Source of the DNA: an uncultured Oscillospiraceae bacterium
GTDB taxonomy: Bacteria > Bacillota > Clostridia > Oscillospirales > Ruminococcaceae
DNA: 64,000 nucleotides
NCBI GenBank assembly: GCA_900542145.1
Contig: UQMF01000002.1
Coordinates: forward strand, 136,847 to 200,846
Direction: 5' to 3'
Made by a program: the position numbers and the translations under genes. The notes below the pieces were generated by a model that was given only the letters and a program-made list of their open reading frames with translations, searched no databases and was not told where the DNA came from. Position 1 is the stretch's first letter. The number at the start of each line of letters is the position of its first letter. This document shows, piece by piece, positions 44,773-54,414 of the stretch.

Positions 44773-45851
44773 TATGCGTTTCTCTCCCTGCATTCAGCGT
44801 ACAGTCCTGCGCATTCACGGCGCTTTTTCATCACGTTTTCGAGGTATTCCGCCCAGACAGCCTTGTCCTTGGTGTCGTCCTTGACGACTGCGCCCTGGAG
44901 CGCGGAGGCAAGGTCGGAGTCGGAAATCACGCCGTTACCGAAGCTTCCGGCGAGCGCCATGCTGTTTATCAGCAGGGAGATAGCCTCCGCGGAGGACAGC
45001 ACTCCGGAGGTCTGCTTCAGCTTGACCTGCCCGTCGAGGGTCTGCCCGTTCCGGAGTTCCCGGAAAATAGTCACAACGCGTTCCACGGAGGTGCGGTCGG
45101 GGAGTTTCGCGGTCAGCCCGAAGCTGTCGGAAAGCTGCGCGACCCTGGTATTTACAATGTTGATTTCGGTTTCCATATCCGCCGGGGCAGGAAGCACCAC
45201 GATATTGAAGCGGCGCTTCAGCGCGGAGGACATCTCGTTGACGCCCTTGTCGCGCGTGTTGGCGGTGGCGATAACGGAGAATCCCTTTTTCGCAGGGACT
45301 TCCTCGGAAAGCTCCGGCACGGAAATGCGCTTTTCTGAAAGAATGGAGATGAGCGCGTCTTGCACCTCGCTGGCGCAGCGCGAAATCTCTTCAATGCGCG
45401 CAATAGCGCCGGCTTCCATCGCAGAGTACACCGGGCTTTTCACGAGCGCTTCGTGGGAGGGACCCTTCGCAAGCAGCAGCGCGTAGTTCCAGGAGTAGCG
45501 TATCTGCTCCTCAGTGGTGCCGGCGGTACCCTGGATAACCAGGGAGGAATCGCCGTTTATTGCTGCGGTGAGGTGCTCCGACAGCCAGGATTTCGCAGTG
45601 CCCGGCTCGCCTATCAGCAGGAGGGCGCGGTCGGTGACGAGGGTCGCAATGCATATCTCAACGATACGGCGGTCGCCCATGTATTTCGGCGTGATGACGG
45701 TATTACCGGACTTGCCGCCCATTATGTAGGTCAGCACGGAGCGCGGTGACATCTTCCAGCCGGTGGGCACGGGGTCTTTTTCGTTTTTGATGAGGGCTTC
45801 AAGCTCCGCCTTGTACAGTTCCTCGGCAGGCAGGCGCAGTATATCGGACAT
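44772..45851 (-). CDS. MoxR-type AAA+ ATPase (AAA_5; YehL-like)
   Basis: 359 aa. Walker A LLIGEPGTAKS. MoxR-like sensor/Walker B region ARIEEISRCASEVQDALISILSE. Arg-finger region ALKRRF. Confidence 0.85.
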   Translation of the reverse strand: MSDILRLPAEELYKAELEALIKNEKDPVPTGWKMSPRSVLTYIMGGKSGNTVITPKYMGDRRIVEICIATLVTDRALLLIGEPGTAKSWLSEHLTAAINGDSSLVIQGTAGTTEEQIRYSWNYALLLAKGPSHEALVKSPVYSAMEAGAIARIEEISRCASEVQDALISILSEKRISVPELSEEVPAKKGFSVIATANTRDKGVNEMSSALKRRFNIVVLPAPADMETEINIVNTRVAQLSDSFGLTAKLPDRTSVERVVTIFRELRNGQTLDGQVKLKQTSGVLSSAEAISLLINSMALAGSFGNGVISDSDLASALQGAVVKDDTKDKAVWAEYLENVMKKRRECAGLYAECRERNA

Positions 45852-45867
45852 GGTATGGTTCCTTTCT

Positions 45868-47691
45868 TTATTCGGGGAGTTCTTCCAGCAGATTCCTTGC
45901 TATCGTGGAGAAGTGCGAGAGCGGTCCGGTCAGCACTTTATCCAGCATTTCCAGCAGGAGAGTGCGCTTCTGCTGTACGGTGAGGAGTGGGGTCTTTGCG
46001 ACTTCATATGCAGAGCGCGGCGCGTTGGGTGGGAACATCGCGCAGTCCCGTATCAGCCGGAAAGTCGTTTTGCTGTCCGGCGAGCCGTAATTTACGATTA
46101 GCTCCAGCAGGTCCAGATGTGGTATCTTTTTTATCGCAGCGAGGGCGAATTTCACAGTCTGCTCCTTTATCGCACCGACATCATCGGGAGCCGCTGTTTC
46201 AATAGCGGTTTTCAGGAAATTACAGCGTGCCTGTACTGGGTATGTCATTTCCCTGGAATCGCCGCTTATCATGGAGGATTCGCCCAGAAGCTCCGTCAGT
46301 GACTGCGGCATGCGTGCGAAAAGAGGCATTGTCAGCACGCGGACAGGGATATCACCGTATGCGACCGGAACTTCCGCCGCGAAGATATATTTCCCGTCGC
46401 TTTCAGAATAGCGGATACCATCTTCAAGCAGGTGAAAAGCAGCGTAGCTGCCCCGGCGTGATATGCGCTTCTTCATTTCCGCGGCGACCTTGTCCGGATC
46501 GTCCGGGAGCATAGCTATACACCATGCGGTGAAGAATGCTTCCGGCTCCTTTTCATGCAGCCGCAGCGTCATTGCCTTAAATCTGCCGTCCGGGTCGGGG
46601 AACATGTTGTTGATGAGCACATAGTTCATCTCGCGCAGCTCATATATTCCCTTCGGGCTGGCAGGAAACTTCCTGGAGAATTCCAGTGCTCGCAGGAAGC
46701 AGTCGTCGATGTCCGGCTTGTGTATCATCATGGATACCGTACTCATGACCTGCTTCGGATCCGGGCGATTCTTCTTATCGGCGGAGAAGGCGCTGTCCAA
46801 CCTGTTGCGGATAAAATCCACCGCCACATCGGACGGTGAAGTGCACAGAATCGGCAGGTAGCTGTCCTTGTACTTCGCGGTGAGTTTCGTTAGGATATCA
46901 TCGAATCCCGGAGGATTCAGCCGCGCAGTTTCAAGGAGGGCGGCGGTTTTTACCCTGCCCTTTTCGGTGCGGCAGAAATCCAGCAGGCGCAGAGCGTTTG
47001 CGCTGTCCCGTCCCAGTGCCTGGATCGCCTTTATCCGGACATTCTGTGGAGCTTCCTCGTTTTCCGCGAGGGAGAGGTACCAGTCGTTTTCCGCGCTTCC
47101 GGCGGTGTTCGCGATGTAGTCCACCTGCACCCCGGAAGCCTTCTCGTCCGACATATCGATGGAGCCTTTCAGCAGCGGCACGATGGAGGTTCCATAGGCG
47201 GCGCACATCGTATCTGCAAAGGCGCTGATATTCTCGCCCTTCTCTCCGGAGGCGGAAATAAACATCTCCAGTATTCTTGGGTCGCCTAGCAGTGCATATT
47301 CATCCGGGTCAAGCTTTTTCAGGTGCTGGCTTTTCGTGAGTATCGCAGCCCACAGGGATTTCACGGATCGCCAGCCTGCCTCCATGTTGTATTCCACATC
47401 GTATTCCAGCGTGCCCGGTTGGGATTCCTCGGCGTTGGTGTAGTGACCCTGGGCAACCGCCAGGGCGTCCGCCAATGCAATGCAGTCCGCCAGCAGGAGT
47501 GCCGGCTCCGGCTCGGTAAAGAGCCTTGCGCACATATCGCGCAGGCGTGCGAAGGTCTTGTTGGCTTCCGCGAGGGGAGCCATACCCTCCACGGCGCGCT
47601 TCAGCCGGAAGTCCTCCGGTATGGAAGCGCACCCGGCGGAGGCGCAGTCGTAAAGTCTGTCGTGAAGCTCGTAAAACGGCGCAGTATTCAT
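45868..47691 (-). CDS. Large hypothetical protein (607 aa), operon-embedded, no recognisable domain
   Basis: AAAGGAA ribosome-binding site. Predicted to be helical/repeat-rich. It lies between the SWIM and AAA+ genes with 13- and 16-nt spacers. Confidence 0.55.
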   Translation of the reverse strand: MNTAPFYELHDRLYDCASAGCASIPEDFRLKRAVEGMAPLAEANKTFARLRDMCARLFTEPEPALLLADCIALADALAVAQGHYTNAEESQPGTLEYDVEYNMEAGWRSVKSLWAAILTKSQHLKKLDPDEYALLGDPRILEMFISASGEKGENISAFADTMCAAYGTSIVPLLKGSIDMSDEKASGVQVDYIANTAGSAENDWYLSLAENEEAPQNVRIKAIQALGRDSANALRLLDFCRTEKGRVKTAALLETARLNPPGFDDILTKLTAKYKDSYLPILCTSPSDVAVDFIRNRLDSAFSADKKNRPDPKQVMSTVSMMIHKPDIDDCFLRALEFSRKFPASPKGIYELREMNYVLINNMFPDPDGRFKAMTLRLHEKEPEAFFTAWCIAMLPDDPDKVAAEMKKRISRRGSYAAFHLLEDGIRYSESDGKYIFAAEVPVAYGDIPVRVLTMPLFARMPQSLTELLGESSMISGDSREMTYPVQARCNFLKTAIETAAPDDVGAIKEQTVKFALAAIKKIPHLDLLELIVNYGSPDSKTTFRLIRDCAMFPPNAPRSAYEVAKTPLLTVQQKRTLLLEMLDKVLTGPLSHFSTIARNLLEELPE

Positions 47692-47704
47692 ATGTATCCT
47701 CCCC

Positions 47705-49120
47705 TCAGCACAGCTTGGTTATTCCGTCCGTGTGGACAATGGACATCGGACAGAGGTACATGCGGTGGTCTTCCGGCGCGTAGTACATCAGCCCGAAAAG
47801 CGCGCCGTCATGCAGCCGGCGGCTGTCCACAAAGGAAAGAATGTCGCAGCAGTTCGGGAACTGCCGGTAGTATGCCTGGAGAGTTATGCTCTCCTCCCCG
47901 AGTTTCAGCACGGCGCGGCGCTTATCCGCAAGCTGTATCTCGTCGAACCGGAGCAGCACACCGGCATAGGGCTCGGAGAGCGTGTTTTTCAGGTCGTTCT
48001 TGGCGGTTTTAACAGCTTCAGCGATACTGGTGCCAGCCTTTTCGAGCACCCGGGAGTAGTCCGGCGCGGATATCTCAGCCGCCTCCCACCGCACCCGGGG
48101 ATTCAGTCCCCCGGGGTAGCGGCAGAGCACGGGAACATGGAAAATCCCGGTCGCGGAATCCTCCTGCTTCAGGTATTTTGCCGCCTTTACCGGGCGGATA
48201 TTCCGCGTGCAGTATATCTCTCCGGAGCCGAGGTCGAGCCAGAATCCGTTGTCGGTTTCCACGGTGAGGTTGTAGTTGTTGTTCTCGCAGAAGGCCAGCT
48301 GGATAAGCTCGGCGTTTTCCTTGTACAGTCCGGCTTCCCGGAGCTGCGAGAGCTTCCACACGCCGCCCAGTTCCTCGTAGAGTACGCTGTCCTCCGGGAG
48401 CACGTCGCCGGATTCCAGCTTTGCGGTTATGTACTGCCGGGATTTCTTCACGGTGGCGGCAAGCCTTATCAGCAGGGAAGTGATGTAGCGCATGGATTTG
48501 TCGCCGGGGTCGCCGGTGAGATACTGCACGGAATCCACGATACGGTTCATTATCTCCTGGAGCCCGGGCAGCCAGTAGTCGCCGAGCTGCTTCGCGAGGG
48601 CGCGGTACTGGTCGGCAGCGGCGCTGTTGGCGGAGTACACTCCGCGGCTGAGCATGTCCTTCACGAAGCTTTCCGCGAGGTCGAGTCCCTCCAGCTGCTT
48701 CTTCAGTTTCTTTGCGGCTGCGGATTTGTTCTGCTTTGCCGGAGCGGCAGGAGCTGCCGCCTTTTCGGCGCGCTTTGCTGCCTTTTCGCGCTTCTGCGCT
48801 ATGTCGTCGGGGATATCTGCGGTTTCGAACGGTTTTCCGGAGAGCCACTCCAGCATGAGCGCCAGGGAGTGCTTGCACGGGAACTGCCTGCTGGGGCAGG
48901 AGCAGCGGAATACCGGCTCGTTCCCGGAAAAATCCGCCGAGGTGGAGTAGGGATTCTTTCCGCTGCCCTGGCACTCGCCGAAAATCAGGGTTTCGTCCGC
49001 CGTCTTTTTCAGGTTGATGAACTCCCCACGGGAGCATATCTTCCGGGCGTTATCTATGGCGGCAGTATTCGGCGCCACGGAGCGCACCAGCTCCATTGAG
49101 ATGATACTTGCTGTTGACAT
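47705..49120 (-). CDS. SWIM zinc-finger domain protein
   Basis: 471 aa. SWIM signature CxCx(n)CxH in FRCSCPSRQFPCKHSLALMLEW. Lys/Ala-rich low-complexity linker. GGAGGAAAG ribosome-binding site. Confidence 0.75.
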   Translation of the reverse strand: MSTASIISMELVRSVAPNTAAIDNARKICSRGEFINLKKTADETLIFGECQGSGKNPYSTSADFSGNEPVFRCSCPSRQFPCKHSLALMLEWLSGKPFETADIPDDIAQKREKAAKRAEKAAAPAAPAKQNKSAAAKKLKKQLEGLDLAESFVKDMLSRGVYSANSAAADQYRALAKQLGDYWLPGLQEIMNRIVDSVQYLTGDPGDKSMRYITSLLIRLAATVKKSRQYITAKLESGDVLPEDSVLYEELGGVWKLSQLREAGLYKENAELIQLAFCENNNYNLTVETDNGFWLDLGSGEIYCTRNIRPVKAAKYLKQEDSATGIFHVPVLCRYPGGLNPRVRWEAAEISAPDYSRVLEKAGTSIAEAVKTAKNDLKNTLSEPYAGVLLRFDEIQLADKRRAVLKLGEESITLQAYYRQFPNCCDILSFVDSRRLHDGALFGLMYYAPEDHRMYLCPMSIVHTDGITKLC

Positions 49121-49151
49121 GGCTTTCCTCCATTGTTAATGTTATGTATCA

Positions 49152-49180
49152 ATTATATCAGAAAACCGCCGTTTTTTCAA
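49152..49180 (-). promoter_or_regulatory. Consensus sigma-A promoter TTGAAA-17-TATAAT on the - strand for the SWIM/MoxR/VWA operon
   Basis: The -35 complement is at 49175-49180 and the -10 complement at 49152-49157, about 30 nt upstream of the SWIM gene ATG. Confidence 0.5.
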
Positions 49181-49247
49181 TACACTAAATACCCCGTTTT
49201 CCCATCGGACGCATGCTTCGGTCTGATTTGTGGTGTGGAAAGTATAA

Positions 49248-49871
49248 TTATGTCAGCATATACATCAGTGCGTTGACTATCGCTGCGGCGACATTGCTGC
49301 CGCCCTTTCTTCCCCGGGCAACGATATACGGGACTCCGCTCTGCATGATGAGCTCCTTCGACTGAACTACGTTCACGAATCCCACGGGAACGCCTATTAC
49401 GAATGCCGGAGAGAAATCCCCGGCAGTGATATGCTCATACAGCCGGATAAGTGCAGTCGGAGCGTTTCCGCAGGCGAAGATCACGGGCTTCCCCAGCTGA
49501 GCGGCGCGGTCAACGGAAGCCGCCGCCCGGGTAGTTCCATGCGCCTTTGCGGCTGCGGCGGTTTCCGGGTCTGACATGAAGCAGAGCACCTCGCAGCCAA
49601 GTCTGCTCAGCGCGGATTTGTTGATGCCTGCCTTCGCCATGTTGGTGTCGGTCACTATGACGGCGCCGTTGCGGAGCAGCTCCAGCGCTGTGTCCACGGC
49701 GTTTTCCGAAAAGCACAGGTTGTCCGCGTAGTCAAAATCCGCCGTGGTGTGTATCACCCGGTAAAGCACGGGCTTTATCTTTTCCGGGAATGTCCTGCCG
49801 CCAAGCTCGGATTCGATGATCTCAAAGCTGCGGTGCTCGATATCCGCCGGAAGTACATATTCTATGTTCAA
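49248..49871 (-). CDS. cbiC: Precorrin-8X / cobalt-precorrin-8 methylmutase
   Basis: CbiC/CobH family from the conserved core. Proposed TTG start at 49871, forming a TTGA overlap with the cobO stop and sitting behind a GGGGG ribosome-binding site. That gives about 207 aa, the usual CbiC size. The long tracked N-terminal region is Arg-rich and non-coding. Confidence 0.75.
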   Translation of the reverse strand: MNIEYVLPADIEHRSFEIIESELGGRTFPEKIKPVLYRVIHTTADFDYADNLCFSENAVDTALELLRNGAVIVTDTNMAKAGINKSALSRLGCEVLCFMSDPETAAAAKAHGTTRAAASVDRAAQLGKPVIFACGNAPTALIRLYEHITAGDFSPAFVIGVPVGFVNVVQSKELIMQSGVPYIVARGRKGGSNVAAAIVNALMYMLT

Positions 49872-50389
49872 TATTCTATCCCCCTGCGTGCGTTGATTCC
49901 CCGGGTGTAGGGGTGCTTTACGCACTTGATTTCGCTGACGTAATCTGCGGAATCCACGAACATCTGCGCAGGCTCTCGCCCGGTTATCACAAGCTCGGCG
50001 CTGCCGGGCTTTTCCGTCAGGAATTCCTCTGCCGCCGCCCTGTCGAGAAGTCCGCTGCGGTATGCCGCGTTGAATTCGTCGATTATCAGCATGTCCACCT
50101 CCCCGGAGCGCACCATGGAGTAGCCTTTTTCCAGCAGGGCATTGTGGCACTCGGTGATTCCGCGCTTGTCCTCGTCGGTCATATTCCAGACGAAGCCGTA
50201 ATTCCTGTCGCAGCGCTCAAGGGTGATTCCCGGAATGCTTCGTATTACGGACAGCTCCGAGGTGTCCGAGCCTTTAAGCAGCTGGATTATGTGCACGCGC
50301 ATTCCGGCGCCTGCCGCCCGGACTGCCAGCCCTAGCGCCGCTGTCGTTTTTCCCTTGCCGTCGCCGCAGTAAATATGCAGAAGTCCCAT
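49868..50389 (-). CDS. cobO: Cob(I)yrinic acid a,c-diamide adenosyltransferase (CobO/BtuR/CobA type)
   Basis: P-loop CGDGKGKTTAALG. 173 aa. Confidence 0.85.
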   Translation of the reverse strand: MGLLHIYCGDGKGKTTAALGLAVRAAGAGMRVHIIQLLKGSDTSELSVIRSIPGITLERCDRNYGFVWNMTDEDKRGITECHNALLEKGYSMVRSGEVDMLIIDEFNAAYRSGLLDRAAAEEFLTEKPGSAELVITGREPAQMFVDSADYVSEIKCVKHPYTRGINARRGIEY

Positions 50390-51859
50390 TCAAATGCCCT
50401 CCCTGATAATTTTGTAGATGAGTTCCATGTCCAGGCTCTCCCGGACGGAGTCCGCCAGCAGGTCGTACTGTGACTGCTTGTAAGCCTCCCTGTCAACAGT
50501 GCCGCCGGTGTATTCCAGCCCTTTTCGGCGGAAAAGTTCGTTCACCAGCCTGCCGCTGACGTCGCTGCTGTCGAAAATCCCGTGAATGTAGCAGCCGCAG
50601 ATGTTCCCGGAATACGCGCCGTCCCCGGTGGAAAGCAGCGGCAGCCCGGCGGATTCCGTACGCCCCATGTGTATTTCGTAGCCGGAAAACTCCGCTCCGG
50701 AAAGGAACGAGAATCCTCCGGAGATGTCGCCGAATCTGCCGGAGGTCCGCGTGCGGCGCTTCTCAGCGGCGAACACTGTTTTTGCCGGGAGCAGCTCCAG
50801 TCCGCGTATCTCGCCGCCGCCCTCGGAGCATTCAGGGTCGGAAATCACGGCGCCGAGCAGCTGATATCCGCCGCATATCCCGAATATAAGCGCACCTGAT
50901 GAAGCCGCCTTTTTCAGCGCGGCTTCCAGTCCGGATTCCCGGAGCCACCTCATGTCGGAGATGGTGCTTTTCGTCCCGGGAAGGATTATCATATCCGGAT
51001 TTCCGAGCTGCTCCGGCTTCGTGACATACCGGACTGTGACCCCGGAATACTGCGAGAATACATCGAAATCCGTGAAGTTTGATATCCGCGGCAGGCGTAT
51101 CACCGCAATGTCCACAAGTCCCACGGAGCGGTTGTCCAGCTTCTCGGAAAGGCTGTCCTCGTCCTCAATGTCGCACCGGACGTAAGGGACGACTCCGGCG
51201 ACGGGCTTTCCGCTGCGCTGTTCGAGTATTTCTACGCCGCTGCGGAATATGCTCCGGTCTCCCCGGAACTTGTTGACGATGAGCGCCTTTATCATGTCCT
51301 GTTCGGAGGGCTCCAGCAGCTTCACCGTGCCGATCAGCTGCGCGAAAACTCCGCCGCGGTCGATGTCGCCCACCAGAACCACCGGGGATTTCGCGAGCCT
51401 TGCCATGCCCATATTCACGATGTCGTCAGCTTTCAGATTCAGCTCCGCCGGACTTCCTGCACCCTCGATGACGATTATGTCGTGCTGCGCGGACAGCGTG
51501 TCGTAAGCCGCCATTATCTGCGGAATGAATTCGCGCTTCCGCCGGAAATACTCCATCGCGCGCATGTTCCCGATTACTTCGCCGTTGACTATGACCTGGG
51601 AGCCGACGTCGCTTGTCGGCTTAAGCAGTATCGGGTTCATGAGGACTGACGGCTCGACGCCTGCCGCCTCCGCCTGCATTACCTGCGCCCTGCCCATTTC
51701 CAGACCCTCCGCGGTGATGTAGGAATTCAGCGCCATGTTCTGGGATTTGAACGGCGCAGCGGAATATCCGTCCTGCCGGAATATCCTGCACAGCGCCGCC
51801 GCGATAAGGCTTTTCCCGGCGTTTGACATCGTTCCCTGAATCATTATCGGTTTAGCCAT
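50390..51859 (-). CDS. cbiP: Cobyric acid synthase
   Basis: N-terminal ATPase domain (GTMSNAGKS) and C-terminal glutamine amidotransferase domain. 489 aa. Confidence 0.9.
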   Translation of the reverse strand: MAKPIMIQGTMSNAGKSLIAAALCRIFRQDGYSAAPFKSQNMALNSYITAEGLEMGRAQVMQAEAAGVEPSVLMNPILLKPTSDVGSQVIVNGEVIGNMRAMEYFRRKREFIPQIMAAYDTLSAQHDIIVIEGAGSPAELNLKADDIVNMGMARLAKSPVVLVGDIDRGGVFAQLIGTVKLLEPSEQDMIKALIVNKFRGDRSIFRSGVEILEQRSGKPVAGVVPYVRCDIEDEDSLSEKLDNRSVGLVDIAVIRLPRISNFTDFDVFSQYSGVTVRYVTKPEQLGNPDMIILPGTKSTISDMRWLRESGLEAALKKAASSGALIFGICGGYQLLGAVISDPECSEGGGEIRGLELLPAKTVFAAEKRRTRTSGRFGDISGGFSFLSGAEFSGYEIHMGRTESAGLPLLSTGDGAYSGNICGCYIHGIFDSSDVSGRLVNELFRRKGLEYTGGTVDREAYKQSQYDLLADSVRESLDMELIYKIIREGI

Positions 51860-52904
51860 GAAGCACCTCCATCAGCGCCGCCAGAAGCATTTCGTTTTCT
51901 TCCCGGAGCCGCACCGCAGTCCGGAACCAGCCCTTTCCCAGTCCGTCGTAGTTCTCGCAGTTCCGCACCATCAGCCCATGTTCCGGGAGCAGTTCGTCAA
52001 GCGGAACATCGCACCGGAACAGTATGAAGTTCGCCGCAGACGGAATTACCTTCAGTCCGAGGGCGCGAAGTCCTGCGCTAAGGAATCTGCGCTCGGTGCT
52101 GATAAGTCCCACGGTCTTTTCAACGTAGCCGTCAAGCTCCAGCGCCGCGATTCCAGCCGCCTGCGCCGGTACTGACACGTTCCAGGACTGTCCGGATTCC
52201 GCGACCCTTGCGGCGGTGCGCTCGCTGCCGAAAATCGCGTAGCCGAGCCGCAGCCCGGGCATGGCGTAGATTTTCGTGAACGCCTTGAGCACCGCGGAAT
52301 TTTCGTTCAGCAGCGGCTTTGCCGACAGCATATTTCCGCCCTCCACGAAGTCAAGGAAGCACTCGTCAACCACCAGGAATGTCCCGGATTCCCGGCACTT
52401 CCCTGATATCTGCCGCAGCAGCGCCGCCGGAATCGTCACCCCGGTGGGATTGTTTGGCGTGCACAGGAACAGAATGTCAGTTCCCGGGGCGATATCTTTC
52501 AGGATTCCCTCGGTCAGCGCGAATCCGTTACCGCGATTCAGCATATGCTTCCGGATTGCGCAGCCGTGCTCCGTGAGCGCTTTCTCGTACTCGCTGAAAG
52601 TCGGGGCGCAGAGCAGCGCACAGCGTGGATTCAGCGCTGATACTATGCGGTAGATGAGATCTGCGGCGCCGTTGCCACAGACTATGCGCTCAGGTGGGAT
52701 CACCTCCTGCCGGGAGAGCGCTTCCGCAAGCGCCCGGCAGCATGGGTCCGGGTAATTCGAGCATTCCAGGAGCGCCCGGGAAGCCGCCTGTACCACCTCG
52801 CCGGGAATCCCCAGCGGATTTATATTTGCGGAAAAATCGTGTTCTATGCGGCGTGAATAAACATCGCCGCCGTGGCTGAATCTGTTCACAGAATTATCCC
52901 CCAT
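51852..52904 (-). CDS. cobD: L-threonine-O-3-phosphate decarboxylase (class I/II aminotransferase fold)
   Basis: Conserved N-terminal HGGD. PLP-lysine region [13 protein letters not shown]. The start is ambiguous between ATG 52904 and GTG 52889, the latter forming a GTGA overlap with the cbiB stop. Confidence 0.8.
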   Translation of the reverse strand: MGDNSVNRFSHGGDVYSRRIEHDFSANINPLGIPGEVVQAASRALLECSNYPDPCCRALAEALSRQEVIPPERIVCGNGAADLIYRIVSALNPRCALLCAPTFSEYEKALTEHGCAIRKHMLNRGNGFALTEGILKDIAPGTDILFLCTPNNPTGVTIPAALLRQISGKCRESGTFLVVDECFLDFVEGGNMLSAKPLLNENSAVLKAFTKIYAMPGLRLGYAIFGSERTAARVAESGQSWNVSVPAQAAGIAALELDGYVEKTVGLISTERRFLSAGLRALGLKVIPSAANFILFRCDVPLDELLPEHGLMVRNCENYDGLGKGWFRTAVRLREENEMLLAALMEVLHG

Positions 52905-53854
52905 AACAGCGCCCGGACTGCGGTGCAAAGTATCAGCATGAGCGCCGAAGTGCAGTACATCAGCCGGTTGGCGCGGCGTATGTCCTCGTTTTCGATTTCA
53001 CGGATATTGTCGCCGATGAACGGCTTTTTGTGCAGCTCCCCGAAGTAGTACGCGTCCCCGGCGAGCCGCACGTCCAGCGCCCCGGCGCATACTGCTTCGG
53101 TCTGCGCGGAGTTCGGGCTGGCGTGATTCCGGCGGTCGCGGCGCCATATCCTCCAGGCGTTCTTCATATCCAGCCGCAGTATTCCGGCGGAAAGTATCAT
53201 AAGCAGTGCGGTCAGCCGCGACGGAATGTAATTCAGCACATCGTCCAGCTTCGCCGCGAATTTCCCGATGTGGAGGTATTTTTCGCTGGTGTAGCCTATC
53301 ATGGAATCCATCGTGTTCGCCGCCTTGTAGAAGAATCCCAGCACGGCGCCGCCAAGTCCCATGTACAGCATGGGGGCGGTGACTCCGTCGGAGGTGTTTT
53401 CCGCAACGGTTTCAACCGCCGCGCGGATTATTCCGTTCCTGTCCAGGGGCTTCGTGTCCCTGCCGACTATCATCGAAACCGCCGTCCGGGCTTTCTCGGT
53501 GTCGTTTTCGCTTATCGCGCGGTAGGCTTTCATGCTCTCGCTGCGCAGACACCGCGCCGCCAGCATGTAGTAGCACAGAATGCTCTCCGCCGCCGCGCCA
53601 AGCCAGATGTTCACGCGATAGCACAGAAACAGTACCGCCAGCGGAATCCCGGCGGAGGTCAGCAGGACTATCAGCGCGAGTATAGTTCCCCCGGCGGTCA
53701 GGTGATTCGCGAACGCGTTACGCGCCCACTTTTCCAGCGCGGATATCAGCCTGCCTATCAGCCGTATCGGGTGGGGGAGGGAATAAGGGTCGCCCAGAAT
53801 GCAGTCCAGCAGGAATCCTGCCAGAAGCGGCAGTACAGCAATAAGAATCTTCAT
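52886..53854 (-). CDS. cbiB: Adenosylcobinamide-phosphate synthase
   Basis: Multi-span membrane protein of the CbiB/CobD family. ATGA overlap with cobC. Confidence 0.85.
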   Translation of the reverse strand: MKILIAVLPLLAGFLLDCILGDPYSLPHPIRLIGRLISALEKWARNAFANHLTAGGTILALIVLLTSAGIPLAVLFLCYRVNIWLGAAAESILCYYMLAARCLRSESMKAYRAISENDTEKARTAVSMIVGRDTKPLDRNGIIRAAVETVAENTSDGVTAPMLYMGLGGAVLGFFYKAANTMDSMIGYTSEKYLHIGKFAAKLDDVLNYIPSRLTALLMILSAGILRLDMKNAWRIWRRDRRNHASPNSAQTEAVCAGALDVRLAGDAYYFGELHKKPFIGDNIREIENEDIRRANRLMYCTSALMLILCTAVRALLWGIIL

Positions 53855-54414
53855 TTTATCTCCGTAATCAGCGTGAGATTTTCACCGTCGAATCCGGCGG
53901 AAAATCCGCAGCCGTTGGCGCACTGCCAGTCGTAATATCCGCGCTTCGGCAGGGCAAAGCGCTCCATGACTGACATTATCGTACCGCCGTGTACGACGAA
54001 TGTCAGCGTGTCCGCGGACGGATTCACCCTCACTGCCCGGAGGAATCCCTCACAGCAGCGGACGCGGAAATCCTCCGGGGATTCTCCGCCGGGAAAGGGA
54101 AGAGTGCCGCTGCTGTCTATCCAGCGCTGGTAGTCCGCGTTCCCGGAGAGTTCCTGCCAGTTCTTCCCCTCGAAATCCCCGAAGTCGCACTCCCGGAGTT
54201 CCGGATAAATCCGCGGCTGGACCCCCGGAAATATCGCCTGCGCGGTCTGGATACAGCGCTGCATGGGGCTGCATATCAGCACTCCGGGGTCGGGGTATTT
54301 CCGGGAGCCAAGTCCGGAGATTCCCTCGGCGCATAGTGGCTCGTCCGTCCTGCCGATGTAGCGCTTCTCCAGGTTCCCGGCGGTCATTCCGTGGCGTATC
54401 AGATTGATTTTCAT
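53851..54414 (-). CDS. cobC: Alpha-ribazole phosphatase (histidine phosphatase family)
   Basis: RHG motif LIRHGMTAGN. Start at ATG 54414 with an AAGGGGGA ribosome-binding site. Confidence 0.8.
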   Translation of the reverse strand: MKINLIRHGMTAGNLEKRYIGRTDEPLCAEGISGLGSRKYPDPGVLICSPMQRCIQTAQAIFPGVQPRIYPELRECDFGDFEGKNWQELSGNADYQRWIDSSGTLPFPGGESPEDFRVRCCEGFLRAVRVNPSADTLTFVVHGGTIMSVMERFALPKRGYYDWQCANGCGFSAGFDGENLTLITEIK

